The notes below the pieces were generated by a model. The model had not been told where the DNA came from, ran no database searches, and worked only from the letters and a program-made list of their open reading frames with translations. From Myxococcales bacterium (GTDB lineage: Bacteria > Myxococcota_A > Polyangia > Polyangiales > DASUME01): a stretch of DNA of 64,000 bases. This document shows, one piece after another, positions 47,785 through 58,185 of the stretch (position 1 is its first letter; each line of letters begins with the position of its first letter). The stretch is from contig JASGJH010000001.1 in assembly GCA_047601445.1 (NCBI GenBank), positions 4,416,001-4,480,000 on the forward strand. The letters run 5' to 3'. Made by a program: the position numbers and the translations under genes.

Positions 47785-49404
47785 GTGAGCGGACGTTCCC
47801 TGAGCCTCGCCGCGCTAGCCATCCTATGGAGCGCCTGTGGTGGCGACTCCCCGTCCTCCCCTGGCGTAATGCAGCCTGACCGGGACGCCAACACACCGGA
47901 TGCTAGCCCGGAGCACGACGCCGGCCCGGGCGCGCCTTTACTACCCAGGGAGCTACAAGGCTTGGACCTCTCCGATCCCGCGCCGACCCAGCCCGACCTG
48001 AACGGCCTGGTGCCGATCGCAGGCTTGCGCCTCGCGGCCGACGTCGTCGACGCGGACACCGGGGCCAAGCAGCTGAGCGTGATCGATTTCACCACTGGGA
48101 TGGTCCACGCGGCCGCCAAAGCCAATCGCGACAAGGTCGCGCTAGCACCGGGCGCAGCCGGATACCTGTACGCCGACGTGCAGGGCGAGGTAACGAACAA
48201 CTTGCTGTTCACACGCCTTGTTCCGGGCGGGTTCATCCCGGAAAAGACCATCAGCGGGTATGCGGACAAGCCGGGCATCTTCAGCTTCCTGGCCAGCAGC
48301 GGAGACAGCCGCTTCAACGTCTACGCATTTGGCGGGTCGAATCGACACGACCTTGACTCGCAGGAGATCATTGACTTGGCGACTGGCAGCCGCTTTGGCT
48401 CCCTACCTGTCAACGAGGACGGCAGCACCTTCAGCAGTTTCGCACCGCAGGGCCACTACTTTCGCACCAATTTCGGCCATAGCAGCAGCGGAAGTGCCAC
48501 CAACGATATCCGCTGGGGCAAGCTGACCAAGGACGGTACTTCGCCGCTCGTCGCTCTTGGACAAGACGCGAGCTTCGCCCAGTTTAGCGACGACGGCACG
48601 CATCTCTACTATGCCAAACCAGGCACCGCTGGACAGGGCTTGGTTCTCTACGTGGCGCAGCTACCCTACGTGGGCACTCCACTGCAGCTGGATCGACCGC
48701 TTGCCACGTTCGCCTGGATGGTGCGCGCAGGTGCTGGCGGTTCGAATCTGTTCGCGCAGCTAACCGTGGCTGAAAAGCCTGGGTGGTACCGAATCACCCC
48801 CGAAGGGAAGACCGAGCACTTGCTCGATGTCAACTACGACAGCGAGGACTTTGCCGAGAACGATTCGTTGCGCGCAATCTCATCAAACGCCGGCGCGGCC
48901 GTACGCATCGAAATCCAAGACCTCAAAACCATGAGCAGACAGACGCTCACTACCCGTGCCAAGACCAACGCCACGGTGACCGACCACCACGCCTACTACT
49001 ACGAGGGCACGGACCTGCACGTGGTGGGCCTCGACGCGACTGGCGTTCAGAACGTCGTGGTTAACGAGGCAGGTGAGACCGTCGATTGCCCCGTATTCCT
49101 CCGCAACAGTTTGGTGTATCGCGTCAAGGAAACTCAGGCGCTCGTGTTCATCAGCCTCGAAGGCCCCACGGCGACGCGGATCGGCACGCTACCTCTGCCG
49201 CTGGAAATCATGGATCGCAGCTGCCTGCGTCCGCACGTCTCCAAGGACAAGTATTTCTTCAGTGAGTACAGCAGCTACACCCATGTTCGGAAGTTTTGGG
49301 TCATCGACTTCGATGGCAAGACGCTCGGAACTGCAAGTGCGACGGCATATGGGACCGCGCCCGGCACGAACCTCGTATTCTCGTCCATGATCTTCGATGG
49401 TTGA
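47785..49404 (+). CDS. lipoprotein, predicted beta-propeller
   Basis: ILWSAC lipobox; FAPQG and FSDDG turn repeats; start uncertain (ORF open from 47620). Confidence 0.7.
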   Translation: MSGRSLSLAALAILWSACGGDSPSSPGVMQPDRDANTPDASPEHDAGPGAPLLPRELQGLDLSDPAPTQPDLNGLVPIAGLRLAADVVDADTGAKQLSVIDFTTGMVHAAAKANRDKVALAPGAAGYLYADVQGEVTNNLLFTRLVPGGFIPEKTISGYADKPGIFSFLASSGDSRFNVYAFGGSNRHDLDSQEIIDLATGSRFGSLPVNEDGSTFSSFAPQGHYFRTNFGHSSSGSATNDIRWGKLTKDGTSPLVALGQDASFAQFSDDGTHLYYAKPGTAGQGLVLYVAQLPYVGTPLQLDRPLATFAWMVRAGAGGSNLFAQLTVAEKPGWYRITPEGKTEHLLDVNYDSEDFAENDSLRAISSNAGAAVRIEIQDLKTMSRQTLTTRAKTNATVTDHHAYYYEGTDLHVVGLDATGVQNVVVNEAGETVDCPVFLRNSLVYRVKETQALVFISLEGPTATRIGTLPLPLEIMDRSCLRPHVSKDKYFFSEYSSYTHVRKFWVIDFDGKTLGTASATAYGTAPGTNLVFSSMIFDG

Positions 49405-49466
49405 GCGGCGGACTACGTCCATTCCCATCTGCGAAGCGGCTCAAGCATATCTCTCCCCGCTCGAAC

Positions 49467-50213
49467 TCAGTACTGCGCCAACCCGCCATCGACGAACAAC
49501 TCGGCGCCATGGACGAAGCTGCTCTCATCCGATGCCAAGAACAGGGCGGCGCTGGCGATCTCCTCCGGCTTGGCCAGACGTCCGAGTGGCGTGCTTTCGA
49601 CCAACGCTTGGCTGAACGCCTTGAAGCTTTGCTCATCTGCAAGCCCCTGCAGGCCGGGGGTGAGAGTGCCTCCTGGCGCGAGCACGTTGACGCGGATATT
49701 GCGACCCTTGAGTTCGATGATCCAGCTGCGCACTAGATTGCGGATGGCGGCCTTTGTCGCGCTGTAAACACTGAAAGCAGCGGAGCCTTTCACACCGGCC
49801 GTGGAGCCCAATACGATGATCGAGCCCCCATCGCGCATCAAGGGCAGAGCCTTTTGCACGGTGAACAGAGTTCCCTTCACGTTCACGTCGAAGGTCTTCC
49901 GGTAGTGTTCTTCGGTAATCGCGCTCAGGGGCGCGAGCTCCCCAACACCTGCATTGGCCACCAAGACGTCGATGTGATCGCTGCGTCTCTTCACCTCGTC
50001 GAACAGCCGATCCAGGTCTTCGTTCTTCGCGACGTCGCCCAGCACCCCACTCACACGCGGACCCATGGCACGAGCTGCCGCATCGAGCTCGGCCCTACGA
50101 CGCCCGCTAATCGTCACGTCCGCACCTTCCGATGCGAAGCGTTGCGCGATTGCGAGGCCGATACCGCTGTTGCCACCCGTGACCACTGCCACCTTGCCCT
50201 TGAGCCGATTCAT
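49467..50213 (-). CDS. SDR family oxidoreductase
   Basis: TGGNSGIG, ANAG, YSATK. Confidence 0.95.
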   Translation of the reverse strand: MNRLKGKVAVVTGGNSGIGLAIAQRFASEGADVTISGRRRAELDAAARAMGPRVSGVLGDVAKNEDLDRLFDEVKRRSDHIDVLVANAGVGELAPLSAITEEHYRKTFDVNVKGTLFTVQKALPLMRDGGSIIVLGSTAGVKGSAAFSVYSATKAAIRNLVRSWIIELKGRNIRVNVLAPGGTLTPGLQGLADEQSFKAFSQALVESTPLGRLAKPEEIASAALFLASDESSFVHGAELFVDGGLAQY

Positions 50214-50425
50214 GACCACTTCCCTCCATTGATTCGCCTGCGCACCTGGAGCGCACCGACGCAAGCCAGCAAGTAGACCCCGGACAACGTGGCGGTTGGG
50301 GAGGATCTCGCGAGCTGATGGGTGCCCCCTGCCAAGAAGTTTTTCAGCTGTATCCGAGAGCGTCCTTGCCGCGGGCGCCTAGTGTGCACTTTCCTGCCCG
50401 CAGCAACCGCTCAATGGAGGCTCAC

Positions 50426-51247
50426 ATGGGCACAGTAACGACTAAGGACAGCGTCAACATCTTCTACAAGGATTGGGGCAAGGGACAGCCGATCTTGTTT
50501 AGCCACGGATGGCCGCTCACTGCGGACGCCTGGGATGAGCAGCTCATGTTTTTTGCAGATCAGGGCTACCGCGTCATCGCCCATGATCGACGCGGGCATG
50601 GGCGCTCGAGCCAGCCATGGCCGGGCAACAACCTCGACACCTACGCCGACGACCTCTCCACGCTGATCGAGAAGCTGGAGCTCAAGGATTTGATCATGGT
50701 CGGACACTCGACCGGCGGCGGCGAAGTAACCCGCTATCTCGGCCGCCATGGCACCGGACGTGTCAGCAAAGTCGTACTCGTGGGCGCCATCCCCCCGCTC
50801 ATGTTGAAGACGCCGGCCAACCCCGAAGGACTTCCGATCGCGGTCTTCGACGGCCTTCGCGACAGCGTCGCGAAGCAACGCTCGGGCTTCTATCGCGACC
50901 TCGCACAGCCCTTCTTCGGCTTCAACCGGCCCGATGCCAAGGCCATCCCAGGCATCACCGAACAGTTCTGGCTTCAAAGCATGACCGTAGGCATCAAAGC
51001 GGCCTACGACTGCATCAAGGCGTTTTCGGAGACCGACCTCACGGAGGACCTGAAGAAGATCGACAAACCCACGCTATTCATCCATGGAGACGACGATCAG
51101 ATCGTCCCGTTCGTAGCAGCCGCCAAGATCGCCTCGAAGATCGTAAGAAACGCGCAGCTCAAGGTGTACCCCGGAGCCCCGCACGGCCTGATGGTCACGC
51201 ACCGCGACCAGTTCAACAAAGACGTCCTCCAGTTCATACGCGGGTGA
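50426..51247 (+). CDS. cpo: non-heme chloroperoxidase/perhydrolase
   Basis: [49 protein letters not shown]. Confidence 0.9.
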   Translation: MGTVTTKDSVNIFYKDWGKGQPILFSHGWPLTADAWDEQLMFFADQGYRVIAHDRRGHGRSSQPWPGNNLDTYADDLSTLIEKLELKDLIMVGHSTGGGEVTRYLGRHGTGRVSKVVLVGAIPPLMLKTPANPEGLPIAVFDGLRDSVAKQRSGFYRDLAQPFFGFNRPDAKAIPGITEQFWLQSMTVGIKAAYDCIKAFSETDLTEDLKKIDKPTLFIHGDDDQIVPFVAAAKIASKIVRNAQLKVYPGAPHGLMVTHRDQFNKDVLQFIRG

Positions 51248-51507
51248 ATGCGCTCGTACCAAGATCGGCGTCGTGAAGCTTCGGCTGCGCAATATCTCGA
51301 GCCGCGAGGCCGGCCAGGTCTACCTGCTCTCCTCGCGCTCGTGCGCGGGCTATTGCACATGTTCGCGGTTTGCTTGAGCGCGTGAGCCCAGTTACGGTCT
51401 CTTCCGTCCTCGTCAACACCATGCTCTTGGAGGCGCTGGATAGTACTCATTACCAGCGCGCCATACATTTAGCTCGGTCACGGACCGGAATTTGATTCGT
51501 CGCTTCT

Positions 51508-52908
51508 TCACCCCTCATGACTCACGTGACGAGCCGGGCGCGGGCGCGAGCGCCGGCGGAGCGACAACATGAGCATGAGTGCGAGCACGGCGAAGCTCGG
51601 CAACGACTCACCGTGCCCGAGCGAGCATGCTGGTTGCTGCACATGCCCTCTCAATTCGGGTTGCTCCGGTTCTTTTGCGCCCGCATCGCTTGAGCCCATG
51701 TCGACCGAGCCGGCGTCTTCGGAGCCCGCGTCTCCGGAGCTCGACGCGTCCACCGACGCATTCGCGGTAGCTGCATCTGCGGTGGCTGCGTCTGCGGTGG
51801 CCGCATCGGCAGTGTCCTCGCGGGCGCCGCAGTCGTCCGGGCATGACGCGGGATCCTCGCTGCCCGTGCAGAACGAATCCCCGCAGCGCGCGCTGATTCC
51901 ACACAAGCGTTGGCTGGGGTAGCCACGCGCACAGAGCGCCTCGATGGCGAGCGCGATGTAGGTCGCCTCGTCGGCGTTTGGCTCCGCAATGGCGTCGCTG
52001 GCGGACGCGTCCTGACCGGCCGGGTCCACCGCTGCTGCATCGCTGGTGTCCTGACCTCGCCCGCCGTCCGGCTCGGGCAGCTGATTGAGCGTAAAGCAAT
52101 TCCGCACGCCGTCGTAGACATAGTCGTTGTTTCCGCGCACGAGCACCCCGGTAAGGGCGCCATCCGTATCGAGCACCGGAGCACCACTGGATCCCTCGAA
52201 TGTGTCCGAATCGAGCACGAAGTGTTCACTCTCGGGATCACTCGCGAGTACCCGAGCGCCACGATCCACCTTGAGCGGGATACCGTTCGTCGCACTCAGC
52301 ACGGTCAGGCGCTCCCCCTTCTGCAGCGGCTCGTCGCGAAGAACGATTGGCTCGCGAGCCTGTACCTTGTTCGCGAGCTGCACTACGGCGTAGTCTCCCG
52401 CCCTGGCGTTCAAGACGCTGGGTCCGACGCCGCGCACCACCACTTGTGTGCATTCATGGAGTTCGAGGCTCTGCAGGAAGGACTCGTCGTCGGGCGCGTA
52501 GTAGTAGTAGCCGAACGCGAAGTAGTAGTTGGGGCAGTCGAGAATGGTCTTGAAGCAATGGCCCGCAGTGACCAGCAAGTCATCGTCGATGAGGGCCGCC
52601 GTGCACACGGCAAGCGAACGCTGATCAGCAAAGCGCTCTTCGTCGCAGAAGTCGAGCGTGTCGCGCTGGGTCACCGGACTCGGGCGCAACGTTCCATCCG
52701 AGAGCCTCGTGATGTTTTCACGTGGGATGACCACCGCGACGGACCGCGCCGCGTTTCTAACTCCGGAGTCTACCTCCTCGTAGACCTCGCGTCGGTCGTC
52801 CGCCCCGTAGATGACGGGTGAAGAAATCATCTCTACCTGAGCGGACTCGGGGGGAGCAGCACACGAGACGAGGAACAACGAGGCGAGAGTCGTAGATTTG
52901 AGCTGCAC
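51508..52908 (-). CDS. trypsin-like serine protease lipoprotein with a MYXO-CTERM-like tail
   Basis: FLVSC lipobox; VIYGADDR, TAGHC, DYAVV, DTFEGSSG; C-terminal ACS...LALMLMLSLRRR. Confidence 0.88.
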   Translation of the reverse strand: MQLKSTTLASLFLVSCAAPPESAQVEMISSPVIYGADDRREVYEEVDSGVRNAARSVAVVIPRENITRLSDGTLRPSPVTQRDTLDFCDEERFADQRSLAVCTAALIDDDLLVTAGHCFKTILDCPNYYFAFGYYYYAPDDESFLQSLELHECTQVVVRGVGPSVLNARAGDYAVVQLANKVQAREPIVLRDEPLQKGERLTVLSATNGIPLKVDRGARVLASDPESEHFVLDSDTFEGSSGAPVLDTDGALTGVLVRGNNDYVYDGVRNCFTLNQLPEPDGGRGQDTSDAAAVDPAGQDASASDAIAEPNADEATYIALAIEALCARGYPSQRLCGISARCGDSFCTGSEDPASCPDDCGAREDTADAATADAATADAATANASVDASSSGDAGSEDAGSVDMGSSDAGAKEPEQPELRGHVQQPACSLGHGESLPSFAVLALMLMLSLRRRSRPRPARHVSHEG

Positions 52909-53084
52909 GGGCGACCTGCGGAAGAAAGGGCTTGTGTTGGTGCTCGATGCTGAGAACAAACGCACCGCTCCGAGGCGTGGGGAGGACGGTGCGTAAAAAG
53001 GGTGTGCCCTCTGGCACGGGTGGCGCAGCCACGTCTGGGGCACTGCAGAGGACGGGCGGCGCCATGGTGGCGCAGCCCGCGAGG

Positions 53085-56000
53085 TCACAGGATGGTGCCG
53101 AACGTCACCGTCACGGTCTTGTTCGCAGTCACAGGGAAGGTGCAGGTGTCGTCATACTGCTTGCACCCCGACGATCCTGTCGTGCTCCATGAGTCGATGA
53201 AGTCGCTCGTGTTGGTATTCTTCAACGTGATGGATGCGCCGTAGTTCACCGTCGTGGTGCAGTCACCCGGACACGCGACTGACGGGCCGCTCACCGTGCC
53301 GTGCGTGTAGTTCGTCCCGCCACTGATCATGTCCTTGATCACCACGGTCACCGTGAACGTCTTGAGCGCGAAGTTGGCGGTCACGGACTTGGCCGCGGAG
53401 ACCGTGACGGTGCAAGTCGAGCTCGTCCCGGTGCAGGCGCCGCTCCAGCCGGTGAAGTTGGAGCTCGCCGCTGGCGTGGCAGTGAGCGTCACCACCGTGC
53501 CCGCGGGGTAGAGCTCGGTGCAGTCGCTACCGCAGTTGATCCCAGTCGCACTCACCGTTCCCGTGCCGTTGCCGGTCTTGCTCACGTTGACGGAGTAGTC
53601 CTGCAGCTTGAAGGTCGCCGTGACCGTTTGTGCTGCCGACATGGTGACCGTGCAGGTCGGGACCGAGGGAGGGCAGCCTCCGCCGCTCCAGCCACCGAAG
53701 AGCTGACCCGATGTCGGCGTGGCCGTAAGGGTCACGGTCGCTCCGTTGTTCAACGTCTCCGTGCAGTCGGAGCCGCAGTCGATGCTGTTCTTGCCCTGGA
53801 TGAGCGGGTTGGGGGCGGTGACCGTGCCGGTGCCGTTGCCGGCCTTCTTAACCGTGAGGGTCTTCGGGCGATTCCCGTCCCAGCTGGCCGGGCAACCATC
53901 CGTGCTATGCAACGAGTACAACTGGCAGACTTGGGCGTCGTTGTACTTGTAGCGAAGCTCGGTCGAGAGGGCGGAGAACAGGTTGTCGTTGCTCAGCGAT
54001 GCGCCCGCGGGCCCGTTGGATGTCGCAAAGCGCTTAATCGCGTCGCGAAGGGTTTGCGGAGTGAGCTGGATCTCTTCGTCCTGGGTCGCATTGTTCCAAG
54101 TGGACGACGACTCCGTCTTGCAGCCCGTCCAGAGAAACGTGTCTGAAGTCTGGGCACTACAGCTCCAGATACCCGTGTCGGTCGTCAACTGCGGACCTTG
54201 GTCGCTCGCCTTGCCATCGCCGACATCGTGGAAAAGGGTGGCAACCCGCGCGATGTGAGTCTCGTAGGGCTGGTAGGTCGCCTTGTGATTGTCATCATAG
54301 GTGTTCACTACGGGACCGTTGCGATGACCAACGTTGGACTCCATGCCGCTGGTGAAGCCCGGGGTGGTGTACGACCAGTAGACCGCGTCTCCGGCGACCG
54401 TGAGGCCGCTGCCGTCGAGATTCTTGACGTAGCTGGTGCCGCCCATGACCTGAGACGAGTACCAGTCTGCGAAGCCTTCGTTGAGATGATTGACCTCGCC
54501 GTCGGACTTGGCCATGGCGTTGACGACCACCTGGCTCCAGACGACGTTGTAGGTCTGCATGCTTTCGTTCGCGAGCAGGTCGCAGAACACGAAGTGCCCG
54601 TACTCGTGCGCAGCGACGTTGCGAGAGTCGACAGTTGCGTCCGGCAGGACGATGTCCGTGGCATAGGCAAACTCGAGCGCGATGGATGCCGTGATGCCTA
54701 CGAAAGGTGCACCGGCCAGAGCGCCCGCTTGAACGAGCGCGTCGGCGTAGGAGTTGACCATCGAGTTCGGCGCCTTGCGTGCTGCCAGGCATGGCGTGAA
54801 CGCTCGATGGTCCGAGGCTGCAGTCAGCGCGTTGGCGAGCTTGCCCGTTTGCACGGTCGCTTTCTTGGGCGTGTAGCCGAAGGCCTCCGCGGCGAACTTG
54901 CGCGCGTCGATGAACTGCGCGAGCTGGAAGACGTTCTTGTCCGACGTGCTGAAGCTGTAGGGCGCCGGAGTGGCCGAGTTGGGCGTGAAGGTAAAGCAGT
55001 GGCGCGGCACGCGGATGAAGCCCGCTTCGAACGAGAAGCCCGCCGAATCCATCTCGATGCAGCTCCGCGTCTTGCGATCACGGCGCACGGTAACCTTAAC
55101 GAGACCGCTATCGTCCGTGGTGCCCGGGTAGAGTGACATGCGGCCAAACTGCGTCGTCGTGATGCGGGTCTTCGAGAGCGTCAGCTCCTTTCCAAAGCGG
55201 GCCGCATCACCCCAGGCTCGGGTTGCCGCGGTGTACGTGCTGCCTGGCGTCCCAACGTGGAACTGAACGGTGACGTCCGACGTGGGCAGCACGGCCGTGA
55301 CCAGCTTACCGACCGCGGTCCGTGCGGCGTCGACCACCGCTTTGCCGGCATCGCGCACTTTACGCGCCCACTTTCGAAGGCGGCGGCCGAAGCGCTTGGT
55401 GTCTGGGCCTTCGCACGTCAGCGAAACCGCCAGTTTCTTGTCGGTTCCGACGCACGGGTCGCCGAACACCGAATTGTCCGCGAATACGGAGCACGAGGTC
55501 TTTCCGACGCATGCGTTCGCCACCAGGGTGCGCGAGTTGGAAGCGTCGCAGGTGCTGAGCGCGAAATCCGGATAGCTGCCAGTGGGCGTGCCATAGCTCG
55601 CGAACGGAACGTCCACGATGGTCTCGCCAGTAGGACAGGCCAGGTTGAGCGTGGCGTATTCATTGACCACGGTGCCCACGGGATCGCCAGCCAAGGTGGC
55701 GTCGAGCGGCGCGTCGCCCGTGTCGGTCACCTGCATGGTCGGCGGCGCCCAGACGAGCAAATTGTCCGCGAGGTACGACCAGGACACCGTGCCATCGGCG
55801 TTCAGCGCGGCGGCTGGCGCCTGGCGAAGCTGGACGGCCTTGTACGTGAACTCGCCGCCGAGCGCTGCATCGCGAATCCCGTTGTAGACCTGGGCCGGCA
55901 TGAGCGCGTAGACGTAGAAGCCCCCGTCGGTGTCGGATCCGGTGAAGTCCTCGATGTATTCGTCGTCCGGCGCCTGCTCGGAGTCGAACAATGGCGTGGC

Positions 56001-56474
56001 GTCGTAGTGCACGCCCATCTCTTCGAGCTCACGCAGGTGCTCGGGCTCCGTCACGTAGACCTGCACGTAATAGATTGGCATCGTCGCTTGCAGATCGTCG
56101 ACGGTGCTCTTGGTCACCTTCCCCGTGGGCTCGGGCACCGGCAGGGCCTCCGTCTCCTCCCACGAAAACGAAGCCACGAGAGCATCGATCTCTTCAGGCG
56201 TGTACTGCGACCAGACCGGGACCCCATCTCGGGTCTTTCCGCGCGCAGGTGGATTTTCGACATGAGCCTCGAAAGTCGCCTGTGAAGGTGCACTCGCGTC
56301 CAGCGCTTGGTCGCCTGGAGGCGACTTTGTGTCGATATCTGCCGAGCCCTCCCCATCGAAATCCTCGGCACCTTCGAAACCACTCCCTGGCCCAACGCAC
56401 GAGATGGCCAACATCAGGCTCATCAACGTGAGGGCAGCTTTCACTCGCCCTGTTCTTCTTGAATGACAACGCAT
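53085..56474 (-). CDS. large lipoprotein: SUEL-type lectin, Zn metalloprotease (HEYGH), InlB-B-like repeats
   Basis: LAISC lipobox; CPTG..I....FASYG...FGDPC.GT.KKL; AAHEYGH...NEGFAD; three GxGTV...VTLTATP...F.GWSG.C repeats. Confidence 0.85.
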   Translation of the reverse strand: MRCHSRRTGRVKAALTLMSLMLAISCVGPGSGFEGAEDFDGEGSADIDTKSPPGDQALDASAPSQATFEAHVENPPARGKTRDGVPVWSQYTPEEIDALVASFSWEETEALPVPEPTGKVTKSTVDDLQATMPIYYVQVYVTEPEHLRELEEMGVHYDATPLFDSEQAPDDEYIEDFTGSDTDGGFYVYALMPAQVYNGIRDAALGGEFTYKAVQLRQAPAAALNADGTVSWSYLADNLLVWAPPTMQVTDTGDAPLDATLAGDPVGTVVNEYATLNLACPTGETIVDVPFASYGTPTGSYPDFALSTCDASNSRTLVANACVGKTSCSVFADNSVFGDPCVGTDKKLAVSLTCEGPDTKRFGRRLRKWARKVRDAGKAVVDAARTAVGKLVTAVLPTSDVTVQFHVGTPGSTYTAATRAWGDAARFGKELTLSKTRITTTQFGRMSLYPGTTDDSGLVKVTVRRDRKTRSCIEMDSAGFSFEAGFIRVPRHCFTFTPNSATPAPYSFSTSDKNVFQLAQFIDARKFAAEAFGYTPKKATVQTGKLANALTAASDHRAFTPCLAARKAPNSMVNSYADALVQAGALAGAPFVGITASIALEFAYATDIVLPDATVDSRNVAAHEYGHFVFCDLLANESMQTYNVVWSQVVVNAMAKSDGEVNHLNEGFADWYSSQVMGGTSYVKNLDGSGLTVAGDAVYWSYTTPGFTSGMESNVGHRNGPVVNTYDDNHKATYQPYETHIARVATLFHDVGDGKASDQGPQLTTDTGIWSCSAQTSDTFLWTGCKTESSSTWNNATQDEEIQLTPQTLRDAIKRFATSNGPAGASLSNDNLFSALSTELRYKYNDAQVCQLYSLHSTDGCPASWDGNRPKTLTVKKAGNGTGTVTAPNPLIQGKNSIDCGSDCTETLNNGATVTLTATPTSGQLFGGWSGGGCPPSVPTCTVTMSAAQTVTATFKLQDYSVNVSKTGNGTGTVSATGINCGSDCTELYPAGTVVTLTATPAASSNFTGWSGACTGTSSTCTVTVSAAKSVTANFALKTFTVTVVIKDMISGGTNYTHGTVSGPSVACPGDCTTTVNYGASITLKNTNTSDFIDSWSTTGSSGCKQYDDTCTFPVTANKTVTVTFGTIL

Positions 56475-56640
56475 GAATTTTCTCTCCGCATGAGTCCGTG
56501 ACGCAGGGAAGTGTCGGCCGCGTCGGAATTCTTAAATCAAAGTTCGCAAGAACCCGTCCGCTCACCCCAACCCACGCGCTCCGGCTCTTGACCGTGCTCG
56601 CGGCATCCCGTAGCAAGGCGCGAGGCGCAGCACGGTAGTC

Positions 56641-57711
56641 ATGGAGCGGAGCCCCGATACGTATGCTTGGAGCGAGCTGCTCGCTCATCGCCCCTTCGTG
56701 CAAGCGCAATTGCGGCGCTTCGGTGTTGCTGCAGGGTCGGTCGACGATCTGACCCAGGAAGTGTGGCTGCTGGCGGTCTCGCAGCGACAAGCATTCCGAG
56801 ATGAGCGAGCTGCACGAGCCTGGCTCACCGCGGTCTGTCGGCGTCTGGCCGCCAACCACCGGCGCTCGCGCACGCGTGTGAATGCCACAGCCGACGAGAC
56901 CAAGCTCTCCGACACGGTTCAGGAAGATCAACTCGACGCGCTCGAGGGCGCGGACCTGCGGACGTTGAGCGATATGGCCTTGGCTCGTCTCAAGGACGAG
57001 CAACGAGACGTTCTGTCACTCTACGGTGGCGGCGATCTATCCATGCGCGAGGTCGCCGAGTTGGTGGGAGAGCGTGAGCCGACGGTCTACGCTCGCTACC
57101 GCACCGCCATCGCGCAGCTGGCGCGCGACCTGGCGCGGAACGATCTGCCGCGGAGCGAAGAGGTACGTCCGCACGCCAGGCGGACTCCGCCCTTCCCGAG
57201 CGCCCAGGGCACAGAACTAGAGGCGGACCAAGGCAACCTGATCTTCTATCGCTGCGATTCCGAGATGGTGCTCGGCCGACTAGGCAACGTGGTGATCGCT
57301 CGCTGGCAGCAGCGCGCGTTCGAGCAGAGCTCGGAGAGTCTTGGAACCACCCTCAGCAGAGTCCATGAGCGACTCGGCGCACCGCTCGTCCTCATCAACG
57401 ATGCGGCGCCGAACTTGGTCATGCCCAACGCCTCGGAGCGCCGGACCATGTTGTCGCAGATGTGGTCGACCCGGGGGGCCACTTCGGTGATCGTCGACAT
57501 CTTCGCCGATCACGCGGGTCTCAAGGTGCTGACGGCAGTGCTGACCGGCCTTATGTCCATCACACGTTCCCTGCCGCGCTCGTCGTTTCGCGTGGTCATG
57601 GACATCGACTCCGCACGCCCCTGGCTCGAGCCCCACGCGCGCTCCCTGCAGGCCCCACTGCCTTGGCTAGCAGTACGCGATGCCATCATGTCCGCCCGCT
57701 GCATGGGCTAA
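56641..57711 (+). CDS. ECF sigma factor with a C-terminal STAS/SEC14-like domain
   Basis: LRRFGV...DDLTQEVWL...RAWLTAVCRR; LSMREVAELVG..EPTVYARY; ~150-aa alpha/beta extension ending DSARPWL. Confidence 0.8.
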   Translation: MERSPDTYAWSELLAHRPFVQAQLRRFGVAAGSVDDLTQEVWLLAVSQRQAFRDERAARAWLTAVCRRLAANHRRSRTRVNATADETKLSDTVQEDQLDALEGADLRTLSDMALARLKDEQRDVLSLYGGGDLSMREVAELVGEREPTVYARYRTAIAQLARDLARNDLPRSEEVRPHARRTPPFPSAQGTELEADQGNLIFYRCDSEMVLGRLGNVVIARWQQRAFEQSSESLGTTLSRVHERLGAPLVLINDAAPNLVMPNASERRTMLSQMWSTRGATSVIVDIFADHAGLKVLTAVLTGLMSITRSLPRSSFRVVMDIDSARPWLEPHARSLQAPLPWLAVRDAIMSARCMG

Positions 57712-58185
57712 GGGCCGCGCGCGCAGCGTGCTCGCGCATGCGGGGCAACGCACCGGTCTACGACCACCCCACCCGCCTCACGTCGCGACGGCACCCGTGG
57801 TTGCTGACGTTTGCCGGCCCATTGAGAGGACGAAACATGTGCTCGCCAGACGGCCCAGCTCTTGCCGCTCGACTGCCGAGTTCGCACGCGCTGCGCACAT
57901 GACCGGCGAGCGCACTACGGAAGGCGCGCGCCCTTCGTCCAAAAGCTAGCGCCTCCAAACACTCCGAAAGAGGCTTAGCGCCTCTCAGAGCCCGCACAGA
58001 CTCTGAAGAGCCCATCTCGATGGCGCCGTCCTTGTACGTCAAGGTCCGCTCGATGGCTGCCGAGCAAGTCGCATCGTCGTCTTTCGCACTTCGATGGACT
58101 GACAACTCGGCTGCGTGGGACATCCGGGAATCCGGCCGGCACACGACGTCTCGCTGCCGTGATATTGATCCAGGCCGTGGTCGCC

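Noticed and set aside
51765..51815. 15-nt tandem repeat
   Set aside because: It encodes a (DAATA)3 linker in the trypsin-like protein and is ordinary low-complexity sequence.
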